From Shewanella sp. (GTDB lineage Bacteria > Pseudomonadota > Gammaproteobacteria > Enterobacterales > Shewanellaceae), in NCBI GenBank assembly GCA_021462625.1, contig JAJNAU010000001.1:3499-67498 (forward strand): a stretch of 64,000 bases of DNA, given 5' to 3'. The notes under the pieces were generated by a model. That model was not told where the DNA came from and ran no database searches. It was given only the letters and a program-made list of their open reading frames with translations. Positions 9,301-20,100 of this stretch are shown here, in pieces. The first letter of the stretch is position 1; every line of letters begins with the position of its first letter. A program made the position numbers and the translations under genes.

Positions 9301-12078
9301 GCAAGCTTTGTGAGACAGTCCCGCTTCAGTGACGGCACTGCGAACGCTGGCGGCAATATCATCGCCGCCCAGAGTGATGATTTTGGGCAGTGAAGGGCCT
9401 TGGGTGGCAGGCACCGGCTGTTGCAGCCTCTCCTTAAGCGCCTGTCGCTGGGAGGGAGCTTGCTCCAGCAGCAGTGCACTTTGAATATCTCCCTGGAGCG
9501 CTGTGATAAGGGCTGATCCAGTGTCATTCAGCATGGCCGTGAGGGTAGCAAATAAGCCTGAAGCTGCGCCCGGATAGCCGATTAATTGGGCTGGATGGTG
9601 AGAGGCTAAGGAAGGTAGCGCCTCGCCCTGGCCGCTTATCACCTGTAATTGTGGCAATGCGCCACAGGCAGACAGCAGCTTATCGACGATTTCAGCCAGC
9701 GCCCGAGTCTGCTCCTGCTCTTGTGTTGGCGTTTGTCTGTTTGCAGATGCCTGACGGCCAAAGACGGGCATGTGCAGTGTGCCGTAGCCGGTTTGGGCTC
9801 GAGACTCAGCTAAAGGCTCGGATGCCAGTGTCAGTACCATGGCTGCCGCACCATCGGCCAGCGGCAGTTCTGTGGGGCTTAACAGAGCGTGCTCGGCGCT
9901 GCCGGCAAGATCCACAGCGCACAACACCACGGCATCGGCATCTTTGGCGTTGAGCAACTGCCCGGCGATTTCGATGCCCCGGGCGAACCCCTGCTCACCG
10001 GCGGACACAGTAAAGGCGGGGCCGGAAAAGTCCCACAGCGCGGCGACCCGGGAGGCCATAATATTGCCAATAAAACTGGTGTACTGGTTAAGCTGCGCCT
10101 TGCCCAGTACCGCATCCATAACCAATGGCTCAAGGGTGGCATATTCATCGGCCGTCAGAGTGATGCCAAGCGTGCTGAGGTATTGAGGCAGCAAGGTATG
10201 CAGCTCCACCCGGCCACGGAATTGGTGCAGCTCGGGCTCGGTTTCCATGGCTACCACTACTGCAGTCTTGCTACCGGCTGTGAGTCCAGCATCCCGTATG
10301 GCTTCATCGGCCTGTTTGAGCAGCAGCAATTGCTGGGGGATAAGCCTGTCCTGCTCGGTGGCGGGTAGTTTGAATTTCATCAAATCCAGCTCGAATTGCT
10401 CGATATAGCCGCCAAGGGGTGCCTGCCCGTGGGGAAGCAGTGCCTGCAGCCCTTTCCAGCGTTTAGGAGGAAAGGGTTGCAGGGCAGGTTGTTGCCTGCT
10501 CAGGGTGCCGGCCAGGGCGCTCAGACTGTCCAGCTTACCTATATGCGCCGCCAGCCCGGTGATCAGTAATCTGGCTTCGGTGAATGGTGGTCGCGCTGAA
10601 CTATTGCTAATCGACTCATCCAGTTTAAGGGAGCCAGATCCAGCAGGGTTAGGTTCAACGGGATGTTGACTGAGCACCAGGTGGGCGTTACAACCACCGA
10701 AGCCAAAGGCGGATACCGCCGCCACCTTATTGTTGTCGACAATAGTGTTCTGCGTACCACTGCGGTTGTGCTTTGTGCCATCGGCTGATGTTGCCGGCCA
10801 GGGTTGTGGTTGAGTGACAATCTTCCTGGCAAACGCTGTGTTATGAGGGAGTGCGGCCTGCTCAAGGCCCGGGCTGGCCGGCACAATGCCATGAGCCATG
10901 GCTTGCAGGGTTTTTACCATGCCGACCATACCAGCGGCTGTCAGTAGGTGACCGACATTGCCTTTGGCTGAGCCTATGAGTGGCAGTTCACCGGATCTCA
11001 GTTCACTGAAAAAGTGCTCCATAGAGGCCAGTTCCACCTTGTCGCCCAGGGGAGTACCCGTGGCATGGCATTCGATCACCTGAAGCTGTCCGGGCGTGAG
11101 CCCTTTCCCACTTGCTGTTTGCCAGGCTCGCTCGAAGGCGGCCTGCTGGCCTTTGGGGTTGGGGCTTAATACAAACTGGCCCCGACCATCGTTGGACAGG
11201 CCCACACCCTGAATCACCCCGAGTATCCTGTCACCATGAGCCTGGGCGTCTGCCAGACGTTTGATGACCAGCACCGCCGCGCCTTCACCGGCAAACAGTC
11301 CTTGGGAACCCGGCGAGAAGGGGGCGGAAAGACCATTTTGTGGATAGGCCTGGAAAATAGAAAAGCCCATATGTACAAACAGGGGATCGGCGCCACTGAC
11401 CGCGGCGGCCAGCATGACATCAGACCTGTGACTGGCAAGGTAATCACAGGCCAGGCGGATGGCATACAGGGAACTGGCGCAGGCGGCATCGAGGCTGAGA
11501 CTACAGGGGCCAAGTCCCAGCGCCCGGGTGACATGGGCGGCGGTATCTGAGGCATTGGTGAGGCTTACTGTGGGTCTCGATGGCAGTTTAGGTGCCGGCG
11601 AGCCAGTGGCCTCATGCAGCGCCAACTTCACCAAATCGTGGTACAGGGGCAGGCTGGCGGCATTGGTCTGTTTGTCCGGGAAGGAGAGCGCGCCGACAAT
11701 AACGCCGGTGCGCAAACGCTGATCCTTATCGACTGACGCTAGATCAAGCGCTTCCCGGGCGCAGCTCAGCAACCACTGATGGCTGACATCCAGGGCGGCG
11801 ACCTCTTCCTTCGGCAGATCAAAGCCGTCTGCATCGAACTCAAAGTCCTGAATAAATCCGCCCTTGGTGCAGTAAAACCGATCGCTTTGGCCTTTGGCTC
11901 CCACATAGGCCTCGACATTGGCGCCCAGCTTTGCGTCGGTCAGCTCGGTGCGACAATCTGTACCTGCCAGCAGTTGTTGCCACAGTGCCTCGGGGCTGTC
12001 GGCGCCGGGAAAGCGGCAGGCCTGGGCGACGATGGCAAATTGCTGGGCGGCCCAAGAAGGGTTAGCGGCTGATGACAT
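6382..12078 (-). CDS. pfaC: PUFA synthase PfaC (KS, CLF-like, two FabA-type DH pairs)
   Basis: KS triad DAACASS/ECHATGT/VGHLLTAAG; DH motifs CHFKDDEVMAGSL and CHFHQDPVMPGSL. Start set at ATG 12078, overlapping the end of pfaB. Confidence 0.95.
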   Translation of the reverse strand: MSSAANPSWAAQQFAIVAQACRFPGADSPEALWQQLLAGTDCRTELTDAKLGANVEAYVGAKGQSDRFYCTKGGFIQDFEFDADGFDLPKEEVAALDVSHQWLLSCAREALDLASVDKDQRLRTGVIVGALSFPDKQTNAASLPLYHDLVKLALHEATGSPAPKLPSRPTVSLTNASDTAAHVTRALGLGPCSLSLDAACASSLYAIRLACDYLASHRSDVMLAAAVSGADPLFVHMGFSIFQAYPQNGLSAPFSPGSQGLFAGEGAAVLVIKRLADAQAHGDRILGVIQGVGLSNDGRGQFVLSPNPKGQQAAFERAWQTASGKGLTPGQLQVIECHATGTPLGDKVELASMEHFFSELRSGELPLIGSAKGNVGHLLTAAGMVGMVKTLQAMAHGIVPASPGLEQAALPHNTAFARKIVTQPQPWPATSADGTKHNRSGTQNTIVDNNKVAAVSAFGFGGCNAHLVLSQHPVEPNPAGSGSLKLDESISNSSARPPFTEARLLITGLAAHIGKLDSLSALAGTLSRQQPALQPFPPKRWKGLQALLPHGQAPLGGYIEQFELDLMKFKLPATEQDRLIPQQLLLLKQADEAIRDAGLTAGSKTAVVVAMETEPELHQFRGRVELHTLLPQYLSTLGITLTADEYATLEPLVMDAVLGKAQLNQYTSFIGNIMASRVAALWDFSGPAFTVSAGEQGFARGIEIAGQLLNAKDADAVVLCAVDLAGSAEHALLSPTELPLADGAAAMVLTLASEPLAESRAQTGYGTLHMPVFGRQASANRQTPTQEQEQTRALAEIVDKLLSACGALPQLQVISGQGEALPSLASHHPAQLIGYPGAASGLFATLTAMLNDTGSALITALQGDIQSALLLEQAPSQRQALKERLQQPVPATQGPSLPKIITLGGDDIAASVRSAVTEAGLSHKACTDAQEQVVNQAEVQQVTQTHPAINDTGLETRQTLAANQRQLADAHIAFLNARQAGLKQANTLLRQQLASLCDAQGQASELKPASLSEPEPSSRQVQVPLHRQAPVQEPAPSPDAAPKVKDCIWDYEALLQYAEGDIAGVFGPEYAVIDSFRRRVRLPSRDYLLVSRVTKLNAKRGEFKPCSMTTEYDIPCDAPYLVDGQIPWAVAVESGQCDLMLISYLGIDFENRGERVYRLLDCTLTFLGDLPRGGDTLRYDISINHFARNGDTLLFFFSYRCYVGDSLILKMDNGCAGFFTDKELEDGKGVIRTQAEETARHNAQKNQFTPLLVCSKTQFSRDELEPLLQADLVGCFGPGHRPLPGNTPRSLRFASHKFMMFEQISALNAQGGPWGLGAVTGHKCLQPDHWYFPCHFKDDEVMAGSLMAEGCGQLLQFYMLWLGMHKNMRHGRFQPLLDAPQKVRCRGQVVPQSGTLTYRMEVTELSMHPTPRARANIDILLNGKVVVDFQNLGVMLKEEDDCILYSKLEAQRASELQLTPELPFPPEQQIAPLMQKLPDLQAPANKGVTPFKHVEAPMQARFANRQPDTLPFTPWHLFEFATGNIENCFGPEFAVYRGMVPPRTPCGDLQLITSVTHIQGTRGDFKSPSCCRAEYEVPQDAWYFRANSHHAHMPYSVLMEIALQPNGFLSGYLGTTLNYRDEPLFFRNLDGRGRLLRAVDLRGQTIINDTKLLSTVFAGANIIQTFSFTLSTQTCSDEKQQAQPFYEGEAVFGYFNDHALTHQAGLDRGQTRQPWHISQGQEPDIELDFAVSNAFPTAPGKPHWHLPGGQLNFVDTVAISGSGGTHNLGYVYGERTINASDWFFPCHFHQDPVMPGSLGVEAMLELLQAFAIETGLGDKFISPRFCWPLSQVKWKYRGQITPHNKQMSLELHITAIDRTEQGLMLQADACLSKDQLRIYEISDLAIMIVESSDTGARA

Positions 12079-14101
12079 ACTGGGTTTCCTGTGGCGCTTC
12101 GCCTGTGGTTGAAATCCGGGAGTGAGAAGATACGCTAGAATCTGACCTGTATGAGGGGAGGCATTTGCCATGGGCGGCCAGCGGCGGATCTACCCTGACA
12201 CCCAGTGCCCGCAGTGCGGCGATACATTTAAGCAGGCTGCGCGCAGGCGGAGCGCCCTTGCTGTTACAGGCGAGGGGTTTAAGAGGCTGCCAGCTCAGTT
12301 GTTGATTGCTGAGCAAACTGGTGAGCTGACGGTCGGCGCCGACTTCGATAAACAGTCGTGCTCCCTGGCAGATAGCCCGGGTGATTAGCATTGGGAAATT
12401 CAGGGGCTGGCACAGGGTATCGGCAATGCTGTCAGCTATGGTCTGACTCCAGTCCTGACGGCTCAGTTCTTGCCTTAAAGGCTGTGGCTGAGAGGCACTG
12501 AAAAACAGACAATCGCTGCTGAGTGGCTGGTTGCGACTCTTGAGACGATAGAAGGTCCGCATCGCCGGGTGCAGATGCCAGGCTGCCGGTGTGTGCATGG
12601 CGGTCACCAGGGGGGAGGGCAGTGCTGTGCAGCCAAGCTTATCAATAACAGCCTGAGCCTGAACATTGTCACCGGCCAGAATGCAGGAATCGAAGTGATA
12701 CACGGGAACGTACACCCGCCTGGTCTTGCCAAACAGGGTATCGATTTGCTGTTGCACCTCTTCGCACTGTGCTCTGAGCAGATAACAGCCCCAATCCGGC
12801 GTGCGGGTGTCATCATTTGGCTCTGGGCTGGTCTTGGCGTTGATATCTTGTTTTTGCCACAGATCGCGCACCGCAAGCAGCGACCCTGATAACTCCTGAC
12901 TGAACAGGGATGACTCGAGGGTTGGCTGGATAAGAGACTGGGGCTCCTCCCAGACACCCAGAGAGGCCCACATGCTTATCTCCCCCATGGAGTAACCGAG
13001 CGCAATATCCGGATAAAGGCCAAATTCACCGGTGAGAATTTGGCTCAGCAGCCAGGACTGGCCAGCACCGGCTACGGCCTGCTGTGCCAGGGATAAAGGT
13101 ACAGTTGACGGGTTTTGTTCACTGCCAGACTGCAAGGTATCAGATTGCAGCATCTCTGCCAGGGGCAGCTGTTGATGAGCCTCAAACAAGTCAGGGAAAT
13201 GCAGGTGCAAATTCTGATACATCCCGGCCCAGACAGTGCCGACTCCGGGATAGATAAAGGCGACCTCTCCCGGTTTTGCGCCCTGATTTGCCGGGCAGTA
13301 ACAGCTGCCGGCAGGTGTTTGCAGCCAGATGCTTGGTCTGGATTCAATGTGGTGGATAAGGGCATTGAGTTCAGACTCCAGTGTCTGCACATTATCTGCC
13401 ACCACTACGGCGCGGCAGTCTATACCCTGCGGTGGCAACGTGTTGTGGGCATGCCCATCGTTGACTGCTTTGCGCGCTCCTGTGTCCCGGCGTAACTGGG
13501 TGGCCAGCAGGGCAGCGCTGGCAGCACTGTACTCCAGCCAATAATGTGTGATGGGGCGGGGCGGCAGCAGGGCGCTGCCCTGAGCCAGTGTCAGGCATTG
13601 TCTGGCATTGGGGGCGGCTTTGGCGTCCTGCTCCTCCAGATACAGCTGAACTTCCCGTCGGTCGCCAGGCCCGCAGAACCAGTAATTCCCCGAAAAGCTT
13701 GCAGTGCCGTCTATTGGCAGCGGTGTCGGCGGTAAGTCTCTGGCTGCCAGCGAGTGGCACAGTTGCCACAGGGCGGCAAAGCCATGGTTTGGCGATACTC
13801 GATATTCCCGCGCGACCTCTATATTATCGACCGTCTGATACAGGCGTGCGTGGGGATGCAGTCGAACTTTCAGCGCCTCCCGACTGTCCATCAGCCAGAG
13901 ACTTTGGGTGTGATTGCCAGTGTTGGCGCTGGAGATCAGACAGATAATGCCGGCCGGTGTCTCATTGAGCACTTTTCTGGCCTGTTGCAGCGCTGGCAGC
14001 AGGTCATGGGCGGCCAGACTGACGGTCTCAGCCGGCTCACTGTGATCTCCTGCAGGCATACTGAGAAACAGCGCCAACGGCGCCTGAGGGTATTGTGTCA
14101 T
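12062..14101 (-). CDS. pfaB: PUFA synthase acyltransferase PfaB
   Basis: AFIYPGVGT, GYSMGE, AMHTP and FIEVGADRQ AT motifs; lies between pfaA and pfaC. Confidence 0.9.
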   Translation of the reverse strand: MTQYPQAPLALFLSMPAGDHSEPAETVSLAAHDLLPALQQARKVLNETPAGIICLISSANTGNHTQSLWLMDSREALKVRLHPHARLYQTVDNIEVAREYRVSPNHGFAALWQLCHSLAARDLPPTPLPIDGTASFSGNYWFCGPGDRREVQLYLEEQDAKAAPNARQCLTLAQGSALLPPRPITHYWLEYSAASAALLATQLRRDTGARKAVNDGHAHNTLPPQGIDCRAVVVADNVQTLESELNALIHHIESRPSIWLQTPAGSCYCPANQGAKPGEVAFIYPGVGTVWAGMYQNLHLHFPDLFEAHQQLPLAEMLQSDTLQSGSEQNPSTVPLSLAQQAVAGAGQSWLLSQILTGEFGLYPDIALGYSMGEISMWASLGVWEEPQSLIQPTLESSLFSQELSGSLLAVRDLWQKQDINAKTSPEPNDDTRTPDWGCYLLRAQCEEVQQQIDTLFGKTRRVYVPVYHFDSCILAGDNVQAQAVIDKLGCTALPSPLVTAMHTPAAWHLHPAMRTFYRLKSRNQPLSSDCLFFSASQPQPLRQELSRQDWSQTIADSIADTLCQPLNFPMLITRAICQGARLFIEVGADRQLTSLLSNQQLSWQPLKPLACNSKGAPPARSLLKCIAALRALGVRVDPPLAAHGKCLPSYRSDSSVSSHSRISTTGEAPQETQYVISR

Positions 14102-17100
14102 TGCTGCTCCAATGTGGCTGTCGTCTTGACATGGGAAGCGGCACGACTGTTAAGCCGGGTGTGACTCAGGGTCAGTTTTATGCTCTTGAGCAGCACAAGG
14201 GTTCTGCCCTGTTCACTCAACAGCGCGGCATCACACTGGAAGGTATGGCTCATCAGGGTGGCATTGTGAACCCACAGTTGGACAGTGCCCAGTTCATCCA
14301 TGTTGCCATCAAATTCTTTGTGCAGGCTCAGTTTGCCAAAGGCCACCGGCAGGCTGTCCTGCTCACTGAGCTCATGGGCCAGCACCAGTGCGCCCTGCAA
14401 CATGGCATCCAGCGCGCAGACCCGTCGCCAGGTATTTTGAAACAGGCCTGCTCCACTGCCGGTATCGGGTAGATGCACTTGCGCCAGTAACTGGGACTCA
14501 CGGATGGCAAACTGACGAATTAGCTGCAGTCCTTCGCCATGGAACAGCGGACCGCTTTGATAACACAGGCGTCCATCCAGAGGATGTTGTGCCAGCGCCT
14601 GAAGGATCCGTTTAGGGACTCCCTTGGTGACAGGGGCGACCTTATCCCCCAGTCGTGCCCGGTAACCTGGCCTTCCATTTGTGCTCAGCAGTAATTGTCC
14701 ATCCTGCACGGTCAGTGCCAGACTGGCTTTATCCACCTCATCAAACACCAGCCCTTTGAGCAGCTGATAGTCAGTCAGGGTATGCCATTGGACTTCAGGA
14801 TCCGGCTCAAAGGCATCCAGCATCAGACTCAGGGCGCAGGCGGTGGGCAGCACGGGATTACCGAGCACAGCGTGGTCCTGCAAAAAGCCATGGTCATCCA
14901 GTGTCAGCAGCCAGTCATGTTGCGTCGAAGGCTTTTTTGCGCCAGTCTGTTCCTTCCGGGCTTCGCAGGCCGGATCCGCCTGTTCAATGGACTCCGCGGC
15001 GCGGCTGTCGATATCCGGGATCTTTGATTCAGCGGCTGGGGTTTGCGAGCCCTGCATATCTGAGCCCACCAGACATTGCACCACCCCCACATGCAGTACT
15101 TGCGAGGCGAACAGTTCAGCCCCGGCCGCTCTTGGGATCACATACACTCCCCGACTTTCAAACATGGCCTTCAGGGTCGAATTCACCATGCCCCCATCCC
15201 AGGGACCCCAGTTGAAGCTGGTGACTTTCAGCGCTGGGTATTGGGTTTTGAGTTCAATGGCTTTTTTGTTCAGCACCTCATTGGCCATGGCGTAATCGCT
15301 TTGGCCGGCGTTGCCATAGAAGCCTGCCGCTGAGGAGAACAGACTGATAAATTTAAGCGAGTCCATATCCAGTACGGCAAGCAGGTTATTCAGCCCCTCC
15401 ACCTTGGTATCGAACACCTGGCAGAATTGGCTGAGCGTCTTCTGTTCGATGCGCTTGTCCGCCAGCACACCGGCGCCGTGGATAAGTCCGCTGAATGGCC
15501 GCAGCGATACCAGTGGCATCAGCTTTTGGGCGACATCATCGGCGTTGGTGATATCCAACGCCAGATACTCGGCGCTGGCGCCCAGTGCGCCGAAACGCGC
15601 CAATGCCTCTCGAATAGCCAGTGTGTTTTGCACCGGCATCAGCATGGCATCCAGCGCTTTTGGGGTGAGCTTCTCATCGGCTTGCTGCAGATGGGCAAGC
15701 AGCGCGGGTTTAAGTTCAGTCCCAGTTTGACCCAGCGCCCAGTTTGGCAGTGTTTCGATTAGTGGACTGCGACCCAGCAGCACGAAATGACTGCCGGTGT
15801 GGGCCGCCAGTGCCAACGCGCAATCTAGGGTGACACCTTTGGCACCGCCACTCACCAGAATGGTATCGTTGCCACTAAGCTGTAAGCTTGGCTGGCATTT
15901 GCAGCTCTGCAGCGGAGCGGGCATCAAGGTGGTGCGGATGAGATTATCCCGGGTTCCAGCCAGGCAGGTTTCCACCTGCCCGGCAGTATGCAGCAGTTCA
16001 TCCAGTACCAGAGTGGCAAAGAACTGAGGCTCAATGTCAGGGCTGATATCCAGCGCGCGGCAGTGCACCTGTGGCCACTCATGGCTTAGAGTCTTGGTCA
16101 GTCCGTGCAGCGCTGCGGCAAGGGGGGTGACGTCACCGGTGAGATAGCCCATGCCACCATCCTGACGGGTCACAGTGGCAAACAGCGCCGTTGGGGCACT
16201 GTGCAGTGCGGCCGAGTTGTGGGCAGCCAGCAGCAGGGCGGTTTGCAGTGTGCGTTTCTGTTCGGTGTTCGACTGCAGTGGGCAACTCAGCACCAGTATG
16301 CCGCTGAGTGGTGAGATCAGCTTGGCGGTCAGGGTTTCTAGGGCGGCATTCAGCTGAATTTGCGCGCTGTCATGGTCACCAGAGAAGAGATCGGCAGGCA
16401 GAGTGATTTGCGGTATGTTTGCCGCCAGTGTTGAAGGTGTATCCCATGACAGCACCACAGGCTCAAGCCCTCGGGCCTGGCATTGTCTGGCAAGCTCACC
16501 GGCTTGATGACCGTCATCGACAATCAGCAGGCTGCCCGGTGGTTTAAGAGGTGCTCCCAAAGGTGCTGCGCCCACCAGTTCAACGCCTGAATAGGGTGGC
16601 AGCTTGGTTTGAGACACTGAGTCTGGATCCTGCAATCTGGCCGCCGCCAATACTGACGTGGCAGGAGCTGTATGCAAGTCATGACCTTCCGATAAGCGCG
16701 ATGCTTCTGTATTGGCCGAGGCCAATATCACAGTAATTTCACCCAGGGTGCGACACTCGGTCATGGCATCTGGACTCAGGGCTGGCAGCAGCGGCAAGGC
16801 TTCCTGCACGGCGCCGAGAATTTCCACCCGCTTGATGGAGTCGATGCCCAGATCCGCTTCCATATCCATGGACAATTCCAGCATCTGGGCAGGATAGCCG
16901 GTTTTATCGGCGACCACGCCAATCAGCACAGCAATGATATCCGGCGCGCCGGTGTCGTCGGCAGTCAGAGTTTGAGTCTGAGCCTGAACTTGATTCTCAG
17001 CCTGAGCCTGAGTCGATGTTTGGGACTGAGCCAGCAGATCACTGATTTGCTCCAGAGTATGGCATTCAGCCAGCACTTCAGGGCTCAGGGTAGGCAATTG

Positions 17101-20100
17101 TGGCAAAGCGTCCTGTACGGTGCCGAGAATTTCCACCCGCTTAATGGAGTCGATGCCCAGATCCGCCTCCATTTCCATGGACAGCTCCAGCATCTCAGCC
17201 GGGTAGCCAGTTTTATCGGCCACTACGTCAAGCAGCACAGCCTGAGCTGAGGGAACTGAGTGAGCTTCGGCCAGACTCTGAGCAACCTCTGTCGGAGGAT
17301 TGGTTGTCCGAGGACGGATTTTTTCCGGCAGGGCGGTGTGGATCTCATCCTGTATCTGGGCCAGAGTGCGGCACTCGGCCAGCACTTCAGGGCTCAGGGT
17401 AGGCAATTGTGGCAAGGCGTCTTGCACGGCGCCGAGGATCTCCACCCGCTTGATGGAGTCGATGCCCAGATCCGCTTCCATATCCATGGACAGTTCCAGC
17501 ATCTCGGCGGGATAGCCCGTCTTGTCGGCGACAACGGCCAGCAGAGTTGCTGTGATGTCCTGTGTATTGGCGCTCTGTTTTCCTCCGCTGGCTGTAACGT
17601 CCGTGGTGGACTGTGGCTGTTGGCTTAATCGCGTTTGAACGGGTACAGCAGCTGGAGTCCGCACAGCCCCCTGAGTTGACACAGTCCCCTGAATTGACAT
17701 GGCACTCTGATTCTGCATTGCAGCTTGACTCGAGGTCGTTGCAGGCTGGGCAATGGTGCCCGATGAGCCTTGACTGTTTTGTCCGGCACTGAGTTGCGTC
17801 AGCCAGGCCTGATGGATTTTCAGAGTTTCTGACTGATGCTGGTGGAAGAGTTCCATGGCGCGCACTAGGCTGTCTGGTACCGGCAGGCCCTCCCTTGCCA
17901 GTTGCAACTGAGCCTGCATCAGCTCATTAAAGGTGTCATTGTACTGCTGAGGGATGGCCAGAAACGCCTGGTGAACCCGGGCGGCTTCAGACTGGGCAGA
18001 AAAGAGCGCATCCAGCGAGTTGGTGACAGCGCAAGGCGATCTCTCGGGAGCTGATTGCGTACTGATTTGGGTGTGGGGTTTATGCACGATTTTCTCGACC
18101 ACCTTTTCACTGAGTTGGGTTTGTACCAGTGGGGTTATTCTCCCCTGTTCCAGCGATGCCTGCGCCTTTTTCAGCGTCGCCGGACTGACATAATGGGCAC
18201 CGTTTAGCCGGATGTTCATGGGCGAGGGCGAGACCTGATGGCGAGTGTGTTTCACAGCCCAGGTATCCGGATTGGTTATCGCTTGACCCGCCACAGCCAG
18301 CACCACCGCAGCCTGTTTTAACTGCCAGTCACAGCCTCTTCCTTTGCCCGAATCTGCGGGATTGGGGCTCTGAGGAGGTGAGGGATTGACGCTGACGATT
18401 AACAGCTCGTCTTCGGTCTGTGGAGGGAACTTAGCGAAGTATTCATCGGCGATGGACCGCACCAGTTTGCTTTGGGTATTTTGGGGGCCAAATTCCACGA
18501 ACAGGCGGCAGCCTGCTGCCAGCATTCCGCGGATTTGGCTGACATAGTCCACCTGGCTGAGCATGTGGGACGACAGCTGCCGGGCAACATCCCCTTCATA
18601 GGGCAGACCGGTTTGGTTGCTCCACACTTCAGTGGCTGGTTGCGAGAAACGGGTTGCCTCAATAATCTCACCAAATTGGGCCGCTGCCTGGGTCATCATA
18701 GGGGTGTGGAAGGCGCCGGCCACCTTGAGGACAATGGCCTGAATGCCATGTTGCCTGAGGCTGTCTGTGAGTGAGTTCAGGGCGCTGACTTCACCGGCCA
18801 GCACGAGTTGGGTCGGGGAGTTGATATTGGCAATGCTCACCCCGGGGGCGGCCTGAAGCAGTATCTCCAACTGGCGCTTTTGCTCATCGTCTTTGATCCC
18901 AACGGCCGCCATACCGCCCCTGGGCTCCTGCTGCGCCGCCTGCGCCATGGCCTCGCCCCGGGCAAGGGAGAGGGTGCACAGAGCGTCATTATCCACAGCG
19001 CCCGCTGCCCACAGAGCGGTGAGTTCACCATAGCTGTGTCCAGCTGTCATGTCGATATTGAGGCCAGCTTGTTTAAGCAGGGTGAATTGAGCGGCGCTCA
19101 GGGCACCGATGCCGCTCTGAGCATAGCGGGTGTCGGTCAACTGTGCCTGCTGACGGGCGCGGCCTGGCTCATCGAAGGCCTCAAAGGGATACATGATGCG
19201 GGATAAGGGCGTCAGTCCGGCGTCGCTGAAAGCATTGTCATATCGCTGCAGCCAACTGCGCACCTGCGGATAGAGGCAGGCCAGTTCGCGGCCCATGTGC
19301 AGGTACTGATTACCCTGACCGCTGAACAGGGCCGCCAGTTTGCCGCTCAAGGCTCGGGGGCGGAAACTCACGCCACTGGGCAGTTGCCAGGCATGGTCAC
19401 TTTGCTGCCCAAGTTGTTCCCGCGCCTGGGTGAGTGCATCCTTAAGCTCGCCCCCACGGTTTACTGTCAGGCCAATTCTGGGGTGCTCAGGGGGGCAGGG
19501 GGCCAATGCATATTGCTGGCACAAAGCATCAAAGCCCCCGGTATCCTGCGCCAGAGTGTCTATCGCTTCCGTCAGAATTTGATGCAGCGCGGTAGTCGAG
19601 GCGGCGCTGAACAATAATGGCCTGGCACTGCGGCGCAGCCGATAGGGGCTGTCATGTTCGGCCTGATACTCTTCCAGCACAATATGAAAATTGGTACCGC
19701 CAAAACCAAAAGAGGAAATTCCGGCGCGTCTTGGGGTGTGGCCATTTCTCAGCCAGGGCGAGGTCTGGGTGGAAAGGAAAAAGGGCGAGTCTTCCAGTGC
19801 CATTTTGGGATTGGGACGGCGTACGTTAATGGTGGGCGGCAGCACTTTATGGTGCAGCGCCAGTGCCGCCTTGATCACCCCAGCAGTGCCGGCAGTGGAT
19901 TTGGTATGGCCTATCTGGGATTTGACTGAGCCCAGCGCGATATGTTGTTTGCATGGACTGATATCGCCGGACTCATCATGGCTGAACATACTGCTCAGCC
20001 CCTGAAATTCCGCCATATCACCGGCGGCGGTGCCTGTGCCGTGAGCTTCTATCAGACCGACGCTGCAGGGGGCGAAGCCTGCGTCATCATAGGCACGGCT

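Noticed and set aside
19020-19050. PfaA MAT motif GHSYG rather than GHSFG
   Set aside because: The catalytic Ser is intact and this variant is common among acyltransferases; no basis for a specificity claim.
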